A stretch of 64,000 nucleotides of DNA from an uncultured Gemmiger sp. (GCA_944388175.1 CALXHR010000008.1:2243-66242), one strand, 5' to 3'; numbered from the stretch's first letter, positions 49,439-59,440 are shown. A program made the numbers and translations. The notes: generated from the sequence alone by a model not told the origin.

Positions 49439-50302
49439 TCAATGCCAGCGGCGGCGCTCGATGGCCTGCCCGGTGAGGAACAGGAACAGCGCGATGACCG
49501 AGAGATAGTACACGACGGCCGAAAGGCTGAACATGCCGCCCACGACGCCGTTGAACGGCGTGAACAGCGCCAGCGCCGACAATACGCTGTCAAACGCGGT
49601 GAGCAGCCACGCCGGGCGCAGCAGAAACAGCGCGATGAGCGCCGCGCCGCCCGCGCAGAACACCGTCAGGCCCGTGGCCAGGCTTTTGCACAGCACGCCG
49701 ACGAGCACCGACGCGATGAGCAGCACGACGGCGAACACAAGGAACGCCAGCAGGTTGCCGCTGGTAAACATCGTCTTGATGCCGTCCATCAGGTAGGATA
49801 CCAGCAGCGCGCCGAACGTGGCCAGGTAGGCGAGGATCTGGTTTTCGGTCATAGCCGAAACCCAGGTGCCCACGGCCAGGCAGGCCGCGCCCAGCAGCCA
49901 GTAGACAAACAGCGCGCTGTACGCCGACACCAGCGACACATTACCGAACGCCGTGAGCAGCAGCGGCATAATAAGCGCCACCACAGTGGGCGCGGCAAAG
50001 ACGACGCACTCGGCCAGGAATTTGCCCAGCACGATGCCGGGGATGCTGACCGGGCTGGTGAGCAGCAACTGGTCGGTTTTGTTGCGGCGTTCCTCGGCAA
50101 AGCTGCGCATGCTGATAGCCGGCAGCAAAAACAGTAAGATCATGGTGGTGGTGTACAGCACCATGGCAAAGTCTGACGAGGCGTACATCAGGTTGCGGTT
50201 GGCAAAGTACAGCCCCAGGAAAAACAGGCTGACCGCCGCCGTGACATAGCCGATCATGCCGGTATAGTAGGCTTTGGTCTCGCGCTTAAAGATCGCTGCC
50301 AT
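49439..50302 (-). CDS. GldF-like ABC permease
   Basis: MRSFAEERRNKTDQLLLTSP, GKFLA. Confidence 0.85.
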   Translation of the reverse strand: MAAIFKRETKAYYTGMIGYVTAAVSLFFLGLYFANRNLMYASSDFAMVLYTTTMILLFLLPAISMRSFAEERRNKTDQLLLTSPVSIPGIVLGKFLAECVVFAAPTVVALIMPLLLTAFGNVSLVSAYSALFVYWLLGAACLAVGTWVSAMTENQILAYLATFGALLVSYLMDGIKTMFTSGNLLAFLVFAVVLLIASVLVGVLCKSLATGLTVFCAGGAALIALFLLRPAWLLTAFDSVLSALALFTPFNGVVGGMFSLSAVVYYLSVIALFLFLTGQAIERRRWH

Positions 50303-51518
50303 GCGGTGCTTCCCCCTTTTCTTGCGTTGGTTCCGGCGTTGCCGGGGTATCTTGTTGCGCCGGGCCGTCCGCTTCGGCGGCGGGCGGTTCGGCGGCCGGG
50401 GCGGTTTCTGCCGGAGTGGTTTCTGCCGTGACGGTTTCCTCGGCGGCGGTTTCTTCTGCGGCGGGCGGTTCGGCAGCCGGTTCCTGCGCAGGGGCGGCCC
50501 CCTCTGCGGCGAGGGCGGCGTTTTGTGCATCCGGCGCCGAGGCATCCGCTTCCGCCGCGTCCGCCTGCGGGGCGGGGTCGGCGGCGGGGGTTTCGGTCAG
50601 CTGCAGGAACACATCCTCCAGGCTCATGGTTTCGGCGCTCAAGGTCAGTACCGGGCAGCCGGCCTGGGCCAGCGCCAGCGACAGCGCGCCGCGCAGGTCG
50701 GTGCCGGCTTCGCTGACGGCGGTAAAGCTGACTTCGCCGCCTTTTTCGGCGGTGACGCGCAGGTCGCTGAGCCCCGGCACCGCCGCAGCGGCGGCCAGCA
50801 CGGCCCCGCGGCTGCCCTGCGCCGTGGCCGAGATGGTGCCTTTGGCGGCCAGCCGGCCGGCGAGTTCTTCCGGCGTGCCCTGCGCGATGAGCTTGCCGTG
50901 CGCAATTATGAGCACGCGGTCGCAGATGGCCTGCACTTCGCTGAGGATATGGCTGGACAGAATGACGGTGTGCGTCTTGCCCAGGTCGTGGATCAGGGCG
51001 CGGATTTCGATCATCTGCGCCGGGTCCAGCCCGACGGTCGGCTCGTCCAGGATGATGACCTTGGGCGCGCCCAGCAGCGCCGCCGCAATGCCGACGCGCT
51101 GGCGGTAGCCTTTGGACAGGTTGCGGATAAGCCGCCGCTCCATGCCCTGCAGCCCGGCGCGGGCCGCAGCCTGTTCCACCGACGCGGCGCGGTCGGCTTT
51201 TTTGCGCTCGCCCTTGAGCTCCGCCACAAACAGCAGGTATTCCTGCACGGTCATGTCCTGGTACAGCGGCGGCTGTTCCGGCAGGTAGCCGATGCACGCC
51301 TTGGCCTGCATCGGTTCGGCGGCGATGTCGTGCCCGTCCACCTTCACGGTACCGGCCGTGGCCGACAGATACCCCGTGATAATGTTCATGGTGGTGGATT
51401 TGCCCGCGCCGTTGGGCCCCAGCAGGCCGTAGATGCAGCCATCCTGCACGGTGAAGCTGATATCATCCACCGCGACATGGCCGCCGTAACGCTTTGTCAG
51501 ATGCTCGACTTCGATCAA
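50286..51518 (-). CDS. GldA-like ABC ATPase with acidic Ala/Pro-rich tail
   Basis: [33 protein letters not shown]. Confidence 0.9.
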   Translation of the reverse strand: MIEVEHLTKRYGGHVAVDDISFTVQDGCIYGLLGPNGAGKSTTMNIITGYLSATAGTVKVDGHDIAAEPMQAKACIGYLPEQPPLYQDMTVQEYLLFVAELKGERKKADRAASVEQAAARAGLQGMERRLIRNLSKGYRQRVGIAAALLGAPKVIILDEPTVGLDPAQMIEIRALIHDLGKTHTVILSSHILSEVQAICDRVLIIAHGKLIAQGTPEELAGRLAAKGTISATAQGSRGAVLAAAAAVPGLSDLRVTAEKGGEVSFTAVSEAGTDLRGALSLALAQAGCPVLTLSAETMSLEDVFLQLTETPAADPAPQADAAEADASAPDAQNAALAAEGAAPAQEPAAEPPAAEETAAEETVTAETTPAETAPAAEPPAAEADGPAQQDTPATPEPTQEKGEAPHGSDL

Positions 51519-51823
51519 AGTGGTACGCCCTCCCCTTTTCTTGTAAAGTGGCCGCGGGCGCAGCGCCCGCGCCTGTGCATTTTGCCGAAGACCCGGGTGG
51601 CCCCCGGTACCTGCATACAGGGTTTAGTATACTGGAAAATTGTGAAAATTTTGAGACAGTCCGCCGAAGAACTCGTGAAAACCGCGGCGGTTTCCCGCTC
51701 TGCCGGGGTGGTTCCTGCCGCTTTTTTGCAGGATCTTGCTAGATTGTAACAGGATCACGATAGCGTTCCCTTACGGTAAGCGGTACAATAATAGAAAATG
51801 CACCGCCAATAAGGAGGGTCCCC

Positions 51824-52409
51824 ATGACCGAACGCGAAAAGATGCTGGCCGGGCAGCTGTATGACTGCGGCGACGCCGAACTGCTGGCCCAGTGGCACAA
51901 AGCCAAAGACCTGGTGCGGGACTATAACCGCCTGGATTCTGCCGATGCGGCGCAGAAAGACCGTATTTTGACCGAACTGCTGGGCGGGCGCGGCGCCAAC
52001 CTGTGGATCACCGCGCCGTTTTATGCGGATTACGGCAACAACATCTATTTTGGCAACAACTGCGAAGTGAACATGAACTGCACGTTTTTGGACGATAACC
52101 GCATCGTCATAGGCGACAATGTGCTGATTGCGCCCAACGTGCAAATTTACACCGCGTTCCACCCCACCAACGCCGCCGAGCGGTTCGGCGCGCCGCGGGC
52201 GGACGGCTCTTTCGCCTTTTGCAAGACGCAGACTGCGCCGGTCGTCATCGGCAACCATGTGTGGATCGGCGGCGGGGCTATCCTGCTGCCGGGGGGTGAC
52301 GATCGGCGACAATGTGGTCATTGGCGCGGGCAGCGTCGTGACGCGGGATGTCCCCGCCAACACGGTGGCCTGCGGCAACCCCTGCCGCGTTGTGCGCGCC
52401 AACACGTGA
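51824..52409 (+). pseudogene. Maltose/galactoside O-acetyltransferase, frameshifted at a G6 run
   Basis: MTEREKMLAG...DYGNNI...[13 protein letters not shown] continues in the +1 frame as [34 protein letters not shown]; extra G in GGGGGG at 52291-52296. Confidence 0.85.
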
Positions 52410-52470
52410 ACCTGTTTTTCTCTATAGTGCAAGCGCTGCCCGGGGCTGTGCCCCGGGCAGCGCTTGCCGT

Positions 52471-54318
52471 TTATACCAGCTCGACTTTGTACGTTTGCAG
52501 CCAGTGGTTGAGCTGCAAAAACCACGCGATGGTCTGCGGCGTCGTCATCAGCTGGCCGTACCACGGCACCGGGTTTTCGGCGCCGGATGCCAACAGCTGT
52601 TCCAGCGCGTCGGCGCGCACAACGCGCAGCAGCGGCGCGGCCGGGTCCTCGATCACTTTGGTCAGCTCGGCCGAGACGGCGGCAAGGTACCCGGGGTTCC
52701 AGGTTTTGGGGTAGGGGCTTTTTTTGCGCCACAGCACTTCGTCGGGCAGCACGCCGCGCATCGCTTCGCGCAGCAGGCCTTTCTCTTTGCCCTGGTAGTC
52801 CTTGTACTCCCACGGGACGGAGTAGAGATACTCGGCAATGCGGTGGTCGCAGAACGGCACGCGCACTTCCAGCCCGCTGTACATGCTCATGCGGTCCTTG
52901 CGGTCCAGCAGCGTCTGCATGAACCAGGTAAAGTTGAGGTTGACCATCTGCCGCATGCGGCGTTCCAGCGGCGAAAGGCCGGGGCGGACCGAAGTTTCCT
53001 CCAGCGTTTGGCGGTAGCGCGCGTCGACGAACGCCGCCGGATCGATGCCGTCCAGCACGCCGGGCTTGATAAACCCGGCGCGGTAGGCCGTCGACTGCGC
53101 CCAGGGGAAGCCGTACCGCTCGCGCACGGTGGGGTCGCGGTACCACGGGTAGCCACCGAAGATTTCGTCGGCGCACTCGCCCGAGAGCGCCACCGTCGCG
53201 TGCGGCTTGATGCACCGGCAAAACGCCAGCAGCGAAGCGTCGACGTCGGCCATGCCGGGCAGGTCCCGCGCTTCGACGGCCTCGTACAGCGCTGGCACCA
53301 GCTGTGGGGTGTCCAGCGTGACCCAGTGGTGCCGGGCGTGCAGCACCTCGTTCATTTTGCGGATGAACGGCGCGTCGGCCCCGGGCTGGAACTTGGTCGC
53401 GTGGAAATAGCGCTTGTTGTCCTTGTACCCGACCGAGAACGTCTGCAGCGTTTTGCCCTGCGCCGTAAACTGCGCGTCGGCCACCGCCGAGATCAGGCTG
53501 GAATCCAGCCCGCCGGAAAGGAACGTCGCCACCGGCACGTCGGAGACAAGCTGCCGCTCAATGGTATCCAGCACCAGGTCGCGCACCTTGCGCGCCGTGG
53601 CGGAAAAATCGTCGGGGTGTTCGTGGTCGATGAGCCGCCAGTAGCGGTGCAGCAGCAAACGGCCGGTGTCAGCCTCATACAGCGCGTACTGGCCGGGCAG
53701 CAGTTCATGCACGTTCTGGAACACGCCGCTGCCCGGCGTGCGGCCGGGCCCCAGCAACAGCACCTCGGCCAGGCCCTCGGCGTCGACGCGCGGCGGCACC
53801 GCCGGGTGCGCCAGCAGCGTCTTGATCTCGCTGCCGAACAGCAGGCTGTCCGCCGTTTTGGCGTAAAACAGCGGTTTGACGCCGCAACGGTCCCGCGCCA
53901 GGAACAGCCGCCCGGCGCGCGCCGCCCACACCGCAAACGCAAAAATGCCGTTGAAACGGTCGACGCAGGAAGCCCCCCACTCGGCGTAGGCGTGCAGCAA
54001 CACTTCGGTGTCGGACCGGCTGGTAAAGGTATGCCCGCGCACCGCCAGCACGGTGCGCAGTTCCGCGGTGTTATACAGCTCGCCGTTATACACCAGCGTG
54101 TAGCTTTCGCCCTGCCAGTCCAGCTGGAGGGGCTGGCAGCCGTTTTCGGGGTCCACCACGGCCAGGCGCGCGTGCAGCAGCGCCGCCCGCCCGCTGATGT
54201 ACAGCCCGCGCTGGTCCGGCCCGCGGCGCGCCAGCGTGCGCTGCATGGCGCAGTAGGCCGCGTAGTTGCCCTGGATGGCGCGCGGGTCGCGCCCGATCTG
54301 CCCCGCTATCCCACACAT
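52471..54318 (-). CDS. asnB: Asparagine synthase (glutamine-hydrolysing)
   Basis: MCGIAG, RGPD, NGELYN, LSGGLDSS, SGECADE. Confidence 0.93.
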   Translation of the reverse strand: MCGIAGQIGRDPRAIQGNYAAYCAMQRTLARRGPDQRGLYISGRAALLHARLAVVDPENGCQPLQLDWQGESYTLVYNGELYNTAELRTVLAVRGHTFTSRSDTEVLLHAYAEWGASCVDRFNGIFAFAVWAARAGRLFLARDRCGVKPLFYAKTADSLLFGSEIKTLLAHPAVPPRVDAEGLAEVLLLGPGRTPGSGVFQNVHELLPGQYALYEADTGRLLLHRYWRLIDHEHPDDFSATARKVRDLVLDTIERQLVSDVPVATFLSGGLDSSLISAVADAQFTAQGKTLQTFSVGYKDNKRYFHATKFQPGADAPFIRKMNEVLHARHHWVTLDTPQLVPALYEAVEARDLPGMADVDASLLAFCRCIKPHATVALSGECADEIFGGYPWYRDPTVRERYGFPWAQSTAYRAGFIKPGVLDGIDPAAFVDARYRQTLEETSVRPGLSPLERRMRQMVNLNFTWFMQTLLDRKDRMSMYSGLEVRVPFCDHRIAEYLYSVPWEYKDYQGKEKGLLREAMRGVLPDEVLWRKKSPYPKTWNPGYLAAVSAELTKVIEDPAAPLLRVVRADALEQLLASGAENPVPWYGQLMTTPQTIAWFLQLNHWLQTYKVELV

Positions 54319-54374
54319 ACAAAAACCCCTTTCCGCGTTCGCTCTTTCCAGAACTATGCGGGAAGGGGGCTTGT

Positions 54375-55589
54375 TTAGAACGGATGGCCCGGCGCGCAGT
54401 GCGCGGCGATGGCGTCGGCAATATGCTGGGCGACGTCGTCCTTGCTTTGCAGCGGCAGTTCCGTTTTGCCCTGCGCCGTGATGAGCGTGACGACGTTGGT
54501 ATCGACGCCGAAACCCGCGCCGGGGACTTTGAGGTTGTTGGCGACGATCATATCCATGTTTTTGGCGCGCAGTTTGGCGGTGGAGTTCTCGATCAGATCG
54601 CGCGTTTCCATCGAGAAGCCGCAGACGAACAGCGTTTCCGGCTTGTGGGCGCCCACCCAGGCCAGGATATCCTGCGTGCGCTCCAGTTCCAGCGCCGGGG
54701 CGCCGTCGTGCTTTTTGATCTTGTCGGCCGCGACGTGGGCGGGGCGGTAGTCAGCCACGGCGGCGGCCATCACCAGCGCGTCGGCGTCCATGGCGTGCTG
54801 CTGCACGGCGGCAAACAGGTCGGCCGCCGTCGTAAAGGGCACCGTGCGCACAAACGGCACCGGCGGCAGCGCGCAGCCGGTGGAAGCCAGCAGCGTCACA
54901 TCGGCCCCGCGCAGCATGCAGGCGCGCGCCACAGCGTAGCCCATCTTGCCGGTGGAATGGTTGGTCAGGTAGCGCACGGGGTCCATGGGCTCCTGCGTAG
55001 CGCCGGCCGAAACGACGACCTTTTTGCCGCGCAGGTCCTTTTGGCAGGCCAGTTCCCGCAGCACATAGTCGACGAGGACGCTTTCTTCCGGCAAGCGGCC
55101 GGAGCCGACGTCGCCGCACGCCAGCACGCCGGACCCCGACGGGATGACCGTGAAGCCATAGTGCGCCAGCGTTTGGAGGTTGTCCTGCGTGATGGGGTTT
55201 TCCAGCATGTGGGTGTTCATAGCCGGGGCCACGAGCTTGGGGCAGGTGGCGGCCAGCGTGACGGTGGTGAGCATATCGTCGGCGATGCCGTGCGCCAGCT
55301 TGGCCAGCACGTTGGCCGTGGCCGGGGCAATGAGCATCAGGTCGGCGGCGTTGGCCAGCGAGATATGCGCCACATCGTACTGGAAGTTACGGTCGAAGGT
55401 GTCGACGATGCAGCGGCGGTTGGTCAGCGTCTCAAACACCAGAGGGGCGATAAACTCGGTGGCGTGTTGGGTCATCAATACATGGACGTCGGCGCCCAGC
55501 TTGACGAGCGCGTGCGCCACGTTGGGCATTTTGTAGGCGGCGATGCCCCCGCTGATACCGAGGACGACGGTCTTGCCTTGCAGCTGCAT
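54375..55589 (-). CDS. coaBC: Phosphopantothenoylcysteine decarboxylase/synthetase
   Basis: GGIAAYK, APATAN, PAMN, DPVRYLTNHSTGKMG, AAVADY. Confidence 0.95.
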   Translation of the reverse strand: MQLQGKTVVLGISGGIAAYKMPNVAHALVKLGADVHVLMTQHATEFIAPLVFETLTNRRCIVDTFDRNFQYDVAHISLANAADLMLIAPATANVLAKLAHGIADDMLTTVTLAATCPKLVAPAMNTHMLENPITQDNLQTLAHYGFTVIPSGSGVLACGDVGSGRLPEESVLVDYVLRELACQKDLRGKKVVVSAGATQEPMDPVRYLTNHSTGKMGYAVARACMLRGADVTLLASTGCALPPVPFVRTVPFTTAADLFAAVQQHAMDADALVMAAAVADYRPAHVAADKIKKHDGAPALELERTQDILAWVGAHKPETLFVCGFSMETRDLIENSTAKLRAKNMDMIVANNLKVPGAGFGVDTNVVTLITAQGKTELPLQSKDDVAQHIADAIAAHCAPGHPF

Positions 55590-55626
55590 ACGGGTCACGA
55601 TCCTTTCGCGGTCAGTTGATGGCTCC

Positions 55627-55693
55627 ATTATACCAAGCTGGGCGGTGTTTGTAAATTGCGTGCACTTGCAAAACCGGCGCGACCTGCTATAAT
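55627..55693. promoter_or_regulatory. Divergent sigmaA promoters for coaBC and coaX
   Basis: Minus: TTTACA-N17-TATAAT (55627-55655); plus: TTGCAA-N16-TATAAT with TGn (55666-55693). Confidence 0.65.
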
Positions 55694-55724
55694 GAGGACA
55701 GTTTTTACAAAGGGGGTGACCGCC

Positions 55725-56507
55725 ATGGTATTGGCCGTGGACATTGGCAATACGAACATCTGCATCGCCGGGCTGACGGGCGAAGCGCAGCGCACCGTGG
55801 CGTTTACGGCGCGCATGGTCACCCGCGCGCGCTGCACGGCCGACGAATACGCCGCCGAGCTGAAATTTCTGCTGGGGCGCCTGCAGGTGGACTGCCGTGC
55901 GTGCGAGGGGGTCATTGTGTGCAGTGTGGTGCCGGCGCTGACACGGCCGCTGGCCGAAGCCTGCCGCCGCCTGACCGGCCGGGACGCGCTGGTGGTGGAC
56001 TGTACGCTGGACACCGGGCTGACCTTTTGCGTCGACGAGCCCGAGCGCGTGGGCCGCGACCGCATTGCCGACGCGGCGGCCGCCGCCGCGCTGTATCCCC
56101 TGCCCTGCATGACGGTGGATTTGGGCACCGCCACTACCTACAACGTCGTCTCGGCCCGGCGGGAGTTTCTGGGCGGGTTCATCGTGCCCGGCGTGCTGAC
56201 GAGCCTGCGGGCCATCAGCGCCGGCACGGCGCAGCTGCCGCCCATTGCGCCGCAGGCGCCGGAGGAGCTGATCGGCCGCAACACGGTCGCCGCGCTGAAC
56301 AACGGCGCGATGTTCGGCACCGCCGCCATGCTGGACGGCCTGGCCGACCGCGTGGAGGCGGAACTGGGCGCGCCGCTGACGGTGGTGGCCACCGGCGGCC
56401 TGGCGCCGCATATCCTGCCCTGCTGCCGCCGCCCCGTGCACTATGACGGCGATTTGCTGTTCAAGGGCCTGGCGCTGCTGTGGCAGCGCAACCGGGACAG
56501 GCCGTAA
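55725..56507 (+). CDS. coaX: Type III pantothenate kinase
   Basis: DIGNTN, SVVP, GRDR, DLGTATT, GGFIVPG, ATGG. Confidence 0.93.
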   Translation: MVLAVDIGNTNICIAGLTGEAQRTVAFTARMVTRARCTADEYAAELKFLLGRLQVDCRACEGVIVCSVVPALTRPLAEACRRLTGRDALVVDCTLDTGLTFCVDEPERVGRDRIADAAAAAALYPLPCMTVDLGTATTYNVVSARREFLGGFIVPGVLTSLRAISAGTAQLPPIAPQAPEELIGRNTVAALNNGAMFGTAAMLDGLADRVEAELGAPLTVVATGGLAPHILPCCRRPVHYDGDLLFKGLALLWQRNRDRP

Positions 56508-56578
56508 AATTTGTTTGCGGTCACGCCGCCCCTTGCCGGGGCGGCGCTTTTTTGTGCAGATGACCCGCAAAGCACAAA

Positions 56579-56605
56579 AAATCCCGGGCCAAAGGGCCCG
56601 GGATT
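56579..56605 (-). terminator. Terminator after the tRNA
   Basis: AATCCCGGGCC/GGCCCGGGATT stem with T-tract on the minus strand. Confidence 0.75.
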
Positions 56606-56689
56606 TGGTGCGGAAGATGGGACTTGAACCCACACGTCATGGACACACGCACCTCAAACGTGCCTGTCTGCCGATTCCAGCACTTCCGC
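56606..56689 (-). tRNA. tRNA-Leu(GAG)
   Basis: GCGGAAG acceptor stem, CACGT-TTGAGGT-GCGTG anticodon arm, long variable arm, GGTTCAAGTCC, encoded CCA; promoter TTGACT-N18-TAAAAT at 56713-56742. Confidence 0.95.
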
Positions 56690-56939
56690 TTACAGCATCA
56701 ACTGCAAGGGGTATTTTAGCACAAGCGCACCGGAAAAGTCAAGCCCATTTTTTCCATCCGCAGTCGAAAAGGCCAAAAAGGCATACCGTTTCTTGTGAAG
56801 CCTGCCGATTTTTGCGCCATGGGCCGAAAAGTCCGCTTTATGCCGCTGTAATTGTGATATGCTATAAAAAACGATCTTTGCCATTACCGTTGATGCTCTT
56901 CACGTATCGACCTTGCCATAACAAATAAGGAGCATTTCT

Positions 56940-59102
56940 ATGGAATATCCCGCACAGTCCCATCCTCCTCTGGCGCACATTTCGGCCGACGGCAAGCGCG
57001 CCCAAAGCGTCCGCGACCATCTGCTTGGCACAGCCGCCCTGGCAGAAACCTTTGCCCGCCCCTTTGGCGGGCAGGAGCAGGCATACCTGGCTGGGCTACT
57101 GCACGACATTGGCAAATACAGCGCCGCGTTCCAGCGGCGGCTGCGGGGCGGGCCCAAAGTCGACCACGCCACAGCCGGGGCCAAAGTCGCGTACGGGGCC
57201 CGGCAGCCGGAGGTTGCATTCGCCGTTGCCGGCCATCACGGCGGTCTGCCCGACGGCGGCGCACAGACCGACCCGGAAGGTGCGGGCACGCTTTTTGGCA
57301 GGCTGAAAAAGGAGACTCCACCGTGCGAGGGTTGGGAAAGTGAAATCCCCCTGCCTGCTGCCCATCGCCCGCCACTGCCGGGCGATGGGTTCGCCGCCAG
57401 CTTTTATACGCGGATGCTGTATTCCTGCCTGGTCGACGCCGACTATCTCGATACCGAAACCTTCATGAACGGCACGCCCGCGCCGCGCGGTGGCGGGGCG
57501 GCCCCGGACGAGCTATTGCAGCGCCTGCAAACATACATTGCCCCCTGGTGGAACGCCAAAAACGAGTTGAACCGCAAGCGGTGTGACATCCTGCGCGCCT
57601 GCCTGGATGCCGGCAAAAGCGCCACCCCCGGCCTGTTTGCATTGACGGTGCCCACTGGCGGTGGCAAAACAGTTTCCTCGCTGGCGTTTGCACTGGCCCA
57701 CGCGGCGGAAAAAGGGAAACAACGCGTCATCTATGTGATCCCCTATACCTCGATCATTGACCAGACCGCCGAGGTGTTCCGGGAAATATTGGGCGAAGAA
57801 AACGTTATAGAACACCATTCCGGCGCAGATTTTTCGATGCCGGAAGGCGAATTCGATCCGTGCCTTTACCGCAAAGCACTGGCAACCGAGAATTGGGACG
57901 CCCCCGTGATCGTCACGACCGCTGTGCAATTTTTTGAATCCCTGTTTGCCAACCGCGCGTCCCGCTGCCGCAAGCTGCACAACATTGCGGACAGCGTCGT
58001 CGTCTTTGATGAAGCGCAGACCCTGCCCGTGCCCTATCTGCGCCCCTGTGTAGCGGCCATTGGCCAGTTGGTGCAGTTCTACGGCGTCACCGCTGTTTTG
58101 TGCACGGCTACCCAGCCGGCCTTGCAGCCACTGTTCGACACGCTGACGCCGGGGCTGAAAATGCGGGAGATTTGCCCGGATACTGATACGCTGTACCGAT
58201 TTTTCCGCCGCACAAAGCTGCGACAGGCAGGTGAACTGACGGCAGAAGAAGTAACCGCGCAGCTCTGCGACGCCCCGCAGGCGTTGTGCGTTGTCAACCG
58301 GCGCGCTACCGCCCAGCAGCTGTATGCCGCCCTGCCGGCCGAGGGGCGCTACTGCCTGACAACGCTGCTCTGCCCCAGCGATCGCAAACGGCTGCTGAAA
58401 GAGATTCGCGCCCGTCTCCAGGACGGCCTGCCCTGCCGGGTGGTTTCGACCTCGCTGATTGAAGCCGGCGTAGATGTGGATTTCCCTGCTGTTTGGCGCG
58501 AGGAAGCCGGGCTGGATTCCATCTTGCAGACCGCCGGGCGCTGCAACCGCGAAGGGAAGCGCCCGGCCGAGGAAAGCATCGTTACAGTGTTCCGCCTGGC
58601 GGGGCAGCGCGCTCCTTCCATGATTGGCCAAAATGTCGACGCTGCCCGGCAGGCGTTCTCACTGTTTGAAGACCCCGCCACCCCGGCGGCCATCGAGCAT
58701 TACTTTTCGTTTTACCGCACACTAAAAGGGGACGCCGCCCTGGACAAACAGAATATCCTGCCTGCCTTTTGCAGAGGGCTGCAGGGACGTATTTTCCCCT
58801 TTGCTTCTGTAGCAGAAATGTTCCGGTTGATCGACAGTGATACCGTCACGGTCTACCTGCCCGTCGACGCCGGCGCCCCTCTTATTGATCGGCTGCGCCG
58901 CGGGGAAGTCAGCCGCACTCTGTTCCGGCAGTTGGGACAATTTACGGTCAACATTTACCCGGACCACTTGCAAAAATTATTGTCCGCCGGGGCACTCGAA
59001 GCTGTCGGCGACGGCATGTACATCCTCACCGATCTCCACCTGTATGACCGCGAGACGGGTCTTTCGCTGGATGTGGAGACGGGGCAGGGCTGGTTTGTCT
59101 AG
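56940..59102 (+). CDS. cas3: CRISPR-associated helicase/nuclease Cas3 (HD plus SF2)
   Basis: LHDIGK, GHHGGL, DAD, PTGGGKT, DEAQ, TAT, QTAGRCNR. Confidence 0.95.
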   Translation: MEYPAQSHPPLAHISADGKRAQSVRDHLLGTAALAETFARPFGGQEQAYLAGLLHDIGKYSAAFQRRLRGGPKVDHATAGAKVAYGARQPEVAFAVAGHHGGLPDGGAQTDPEGAGTLFGRLKKETPPCEGWESEIPLPAAHRPPLPGDGFAASFYTRMLYSCLVDADYLDTETFMNGTPAPRGGGAAPDELLQRLQTYIAPWWNAKNELNRKRCDILRACLDAGKSATPGLFALTVPTGGGKTVSSLAFALAHAAEKGKQRVIYVIPYTSIIDQTAEVFREILGEENVIEHHSGADFSMPEGEFDPCLYRKALATENWDAPVIVTTAVQFFESLFANRASRCRKLHNIADSVVVFDEAQTLPVPYLRPCVAAIGQLVQFYGVTAVLCTATQPALQPLFDTLTPGLKMREICPDTDTLYRFFRRTKLRQAGELTAEEVTAQLCDAPQALCVVNRRATAQQLYAALPAEGRYCLTTLLCPSDRKRLLKEIRARLQDGLPCRVVSTSLIEAGVDVDFPAVWREEAGLDSILQTAGRCNREGKRPAEESIVTVFRLAGQRAPSMIGQNVDAARQAFSLFEDPATPAAIEHYFSFYRTLKGDAALDKQNILPAFCRGLQGRIFPFASVAEMFRLIDSDTVTVYLPVDAGAPLIDRLRRGEVSRTLFRQLGQFTVNIYPDHLQKLLSAGALEAVGDGMYILTDLHLYDRETGLSLDVETGQGWFV

Positions 59103-59229
59103 GGTATATCGAAAAAACTCCCAGCACTGTCTAATTCAACTAAAAAAGCCGCGTCTGCTGCGTACCTCAACCTTGCATCCGCAACTTTTCAGCGAATTTT
59201 CCAGCACTTTGATTTATCAAATCCACCCT

Positions 59230-59314
59230 AAAAGAAAAGGGCGGCAAGTGGAACCCTTGCCGCCGCTTCTCTACAAACTACATCCAATATTTTCTACCCA
59301 CAGCATTTGCTGAC
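59230..59314 (-). ncRNA. Putative crRNA-like regulatory RNA (single degenerate I-C repeat, spacer, terminator)
   Basis: GTCAGC-AAAT-GCTG hairpin, TGGGTAGAAAA handle, TATTGGATGTAGTTTGTAGAGAAGC spacer, GGCGGCAAG/CTTGCCGCC stem, TTTTCTTTT. Confidence 0.75.
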
Positions 59315-59320
59315 ACCTGC

Positions 59321-59349
59321 ATTATACCCGGTCTGTAACATAATCGCAA
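59321..59349 (-). promoter_or_regulatory. sigmaA promoter of the crRNA-like RNA
   Basis: TTGCGA-N17-TATAAT; predicted +1 at about 59314, the first G of the repeat. Confidence 0.75.
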
Positions 59350-59440
59350 TATGGAAAACATCCAACCACGCAAAACAGACAAATTGAGCGGAGCATTTTA
59401 TGGCAAAACGCCAAACCCATCGCAGTTTCTTTGAGAAATG

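Noticed and set aside
56606-56630. tRNA-Leu 3' end as an integration site for the cas region
   Set aside because: The cas locus lies on the 5' side of the tRNA; no duplicated 3' end or integrase seen
56936-56950. TTC-TATGGAATAT at the cas3 start as a second sRNA target
   Set aside because: Mismatches at seed positions 4, 9 and 11; too weak
59211-59246. Minus-strand GCCGCCC...GGGTGGATTTGATAAAT as a second degenerate CRISPR repeat closing a mini-array
   Set aside because: It overlaps the 3' arm and U-tract of a stronger terminator stem, so transcription should end before it is complete; not excluded, but a one-repeat model is simpler
59358-59365. ACATCCAA 8-nt match to the sRNA spacer just upstream of the sRNA's own -35
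   Set aside because: No TTC PAM and spacer positions 1-2 mismatch; likely chance in AT-rich DNA
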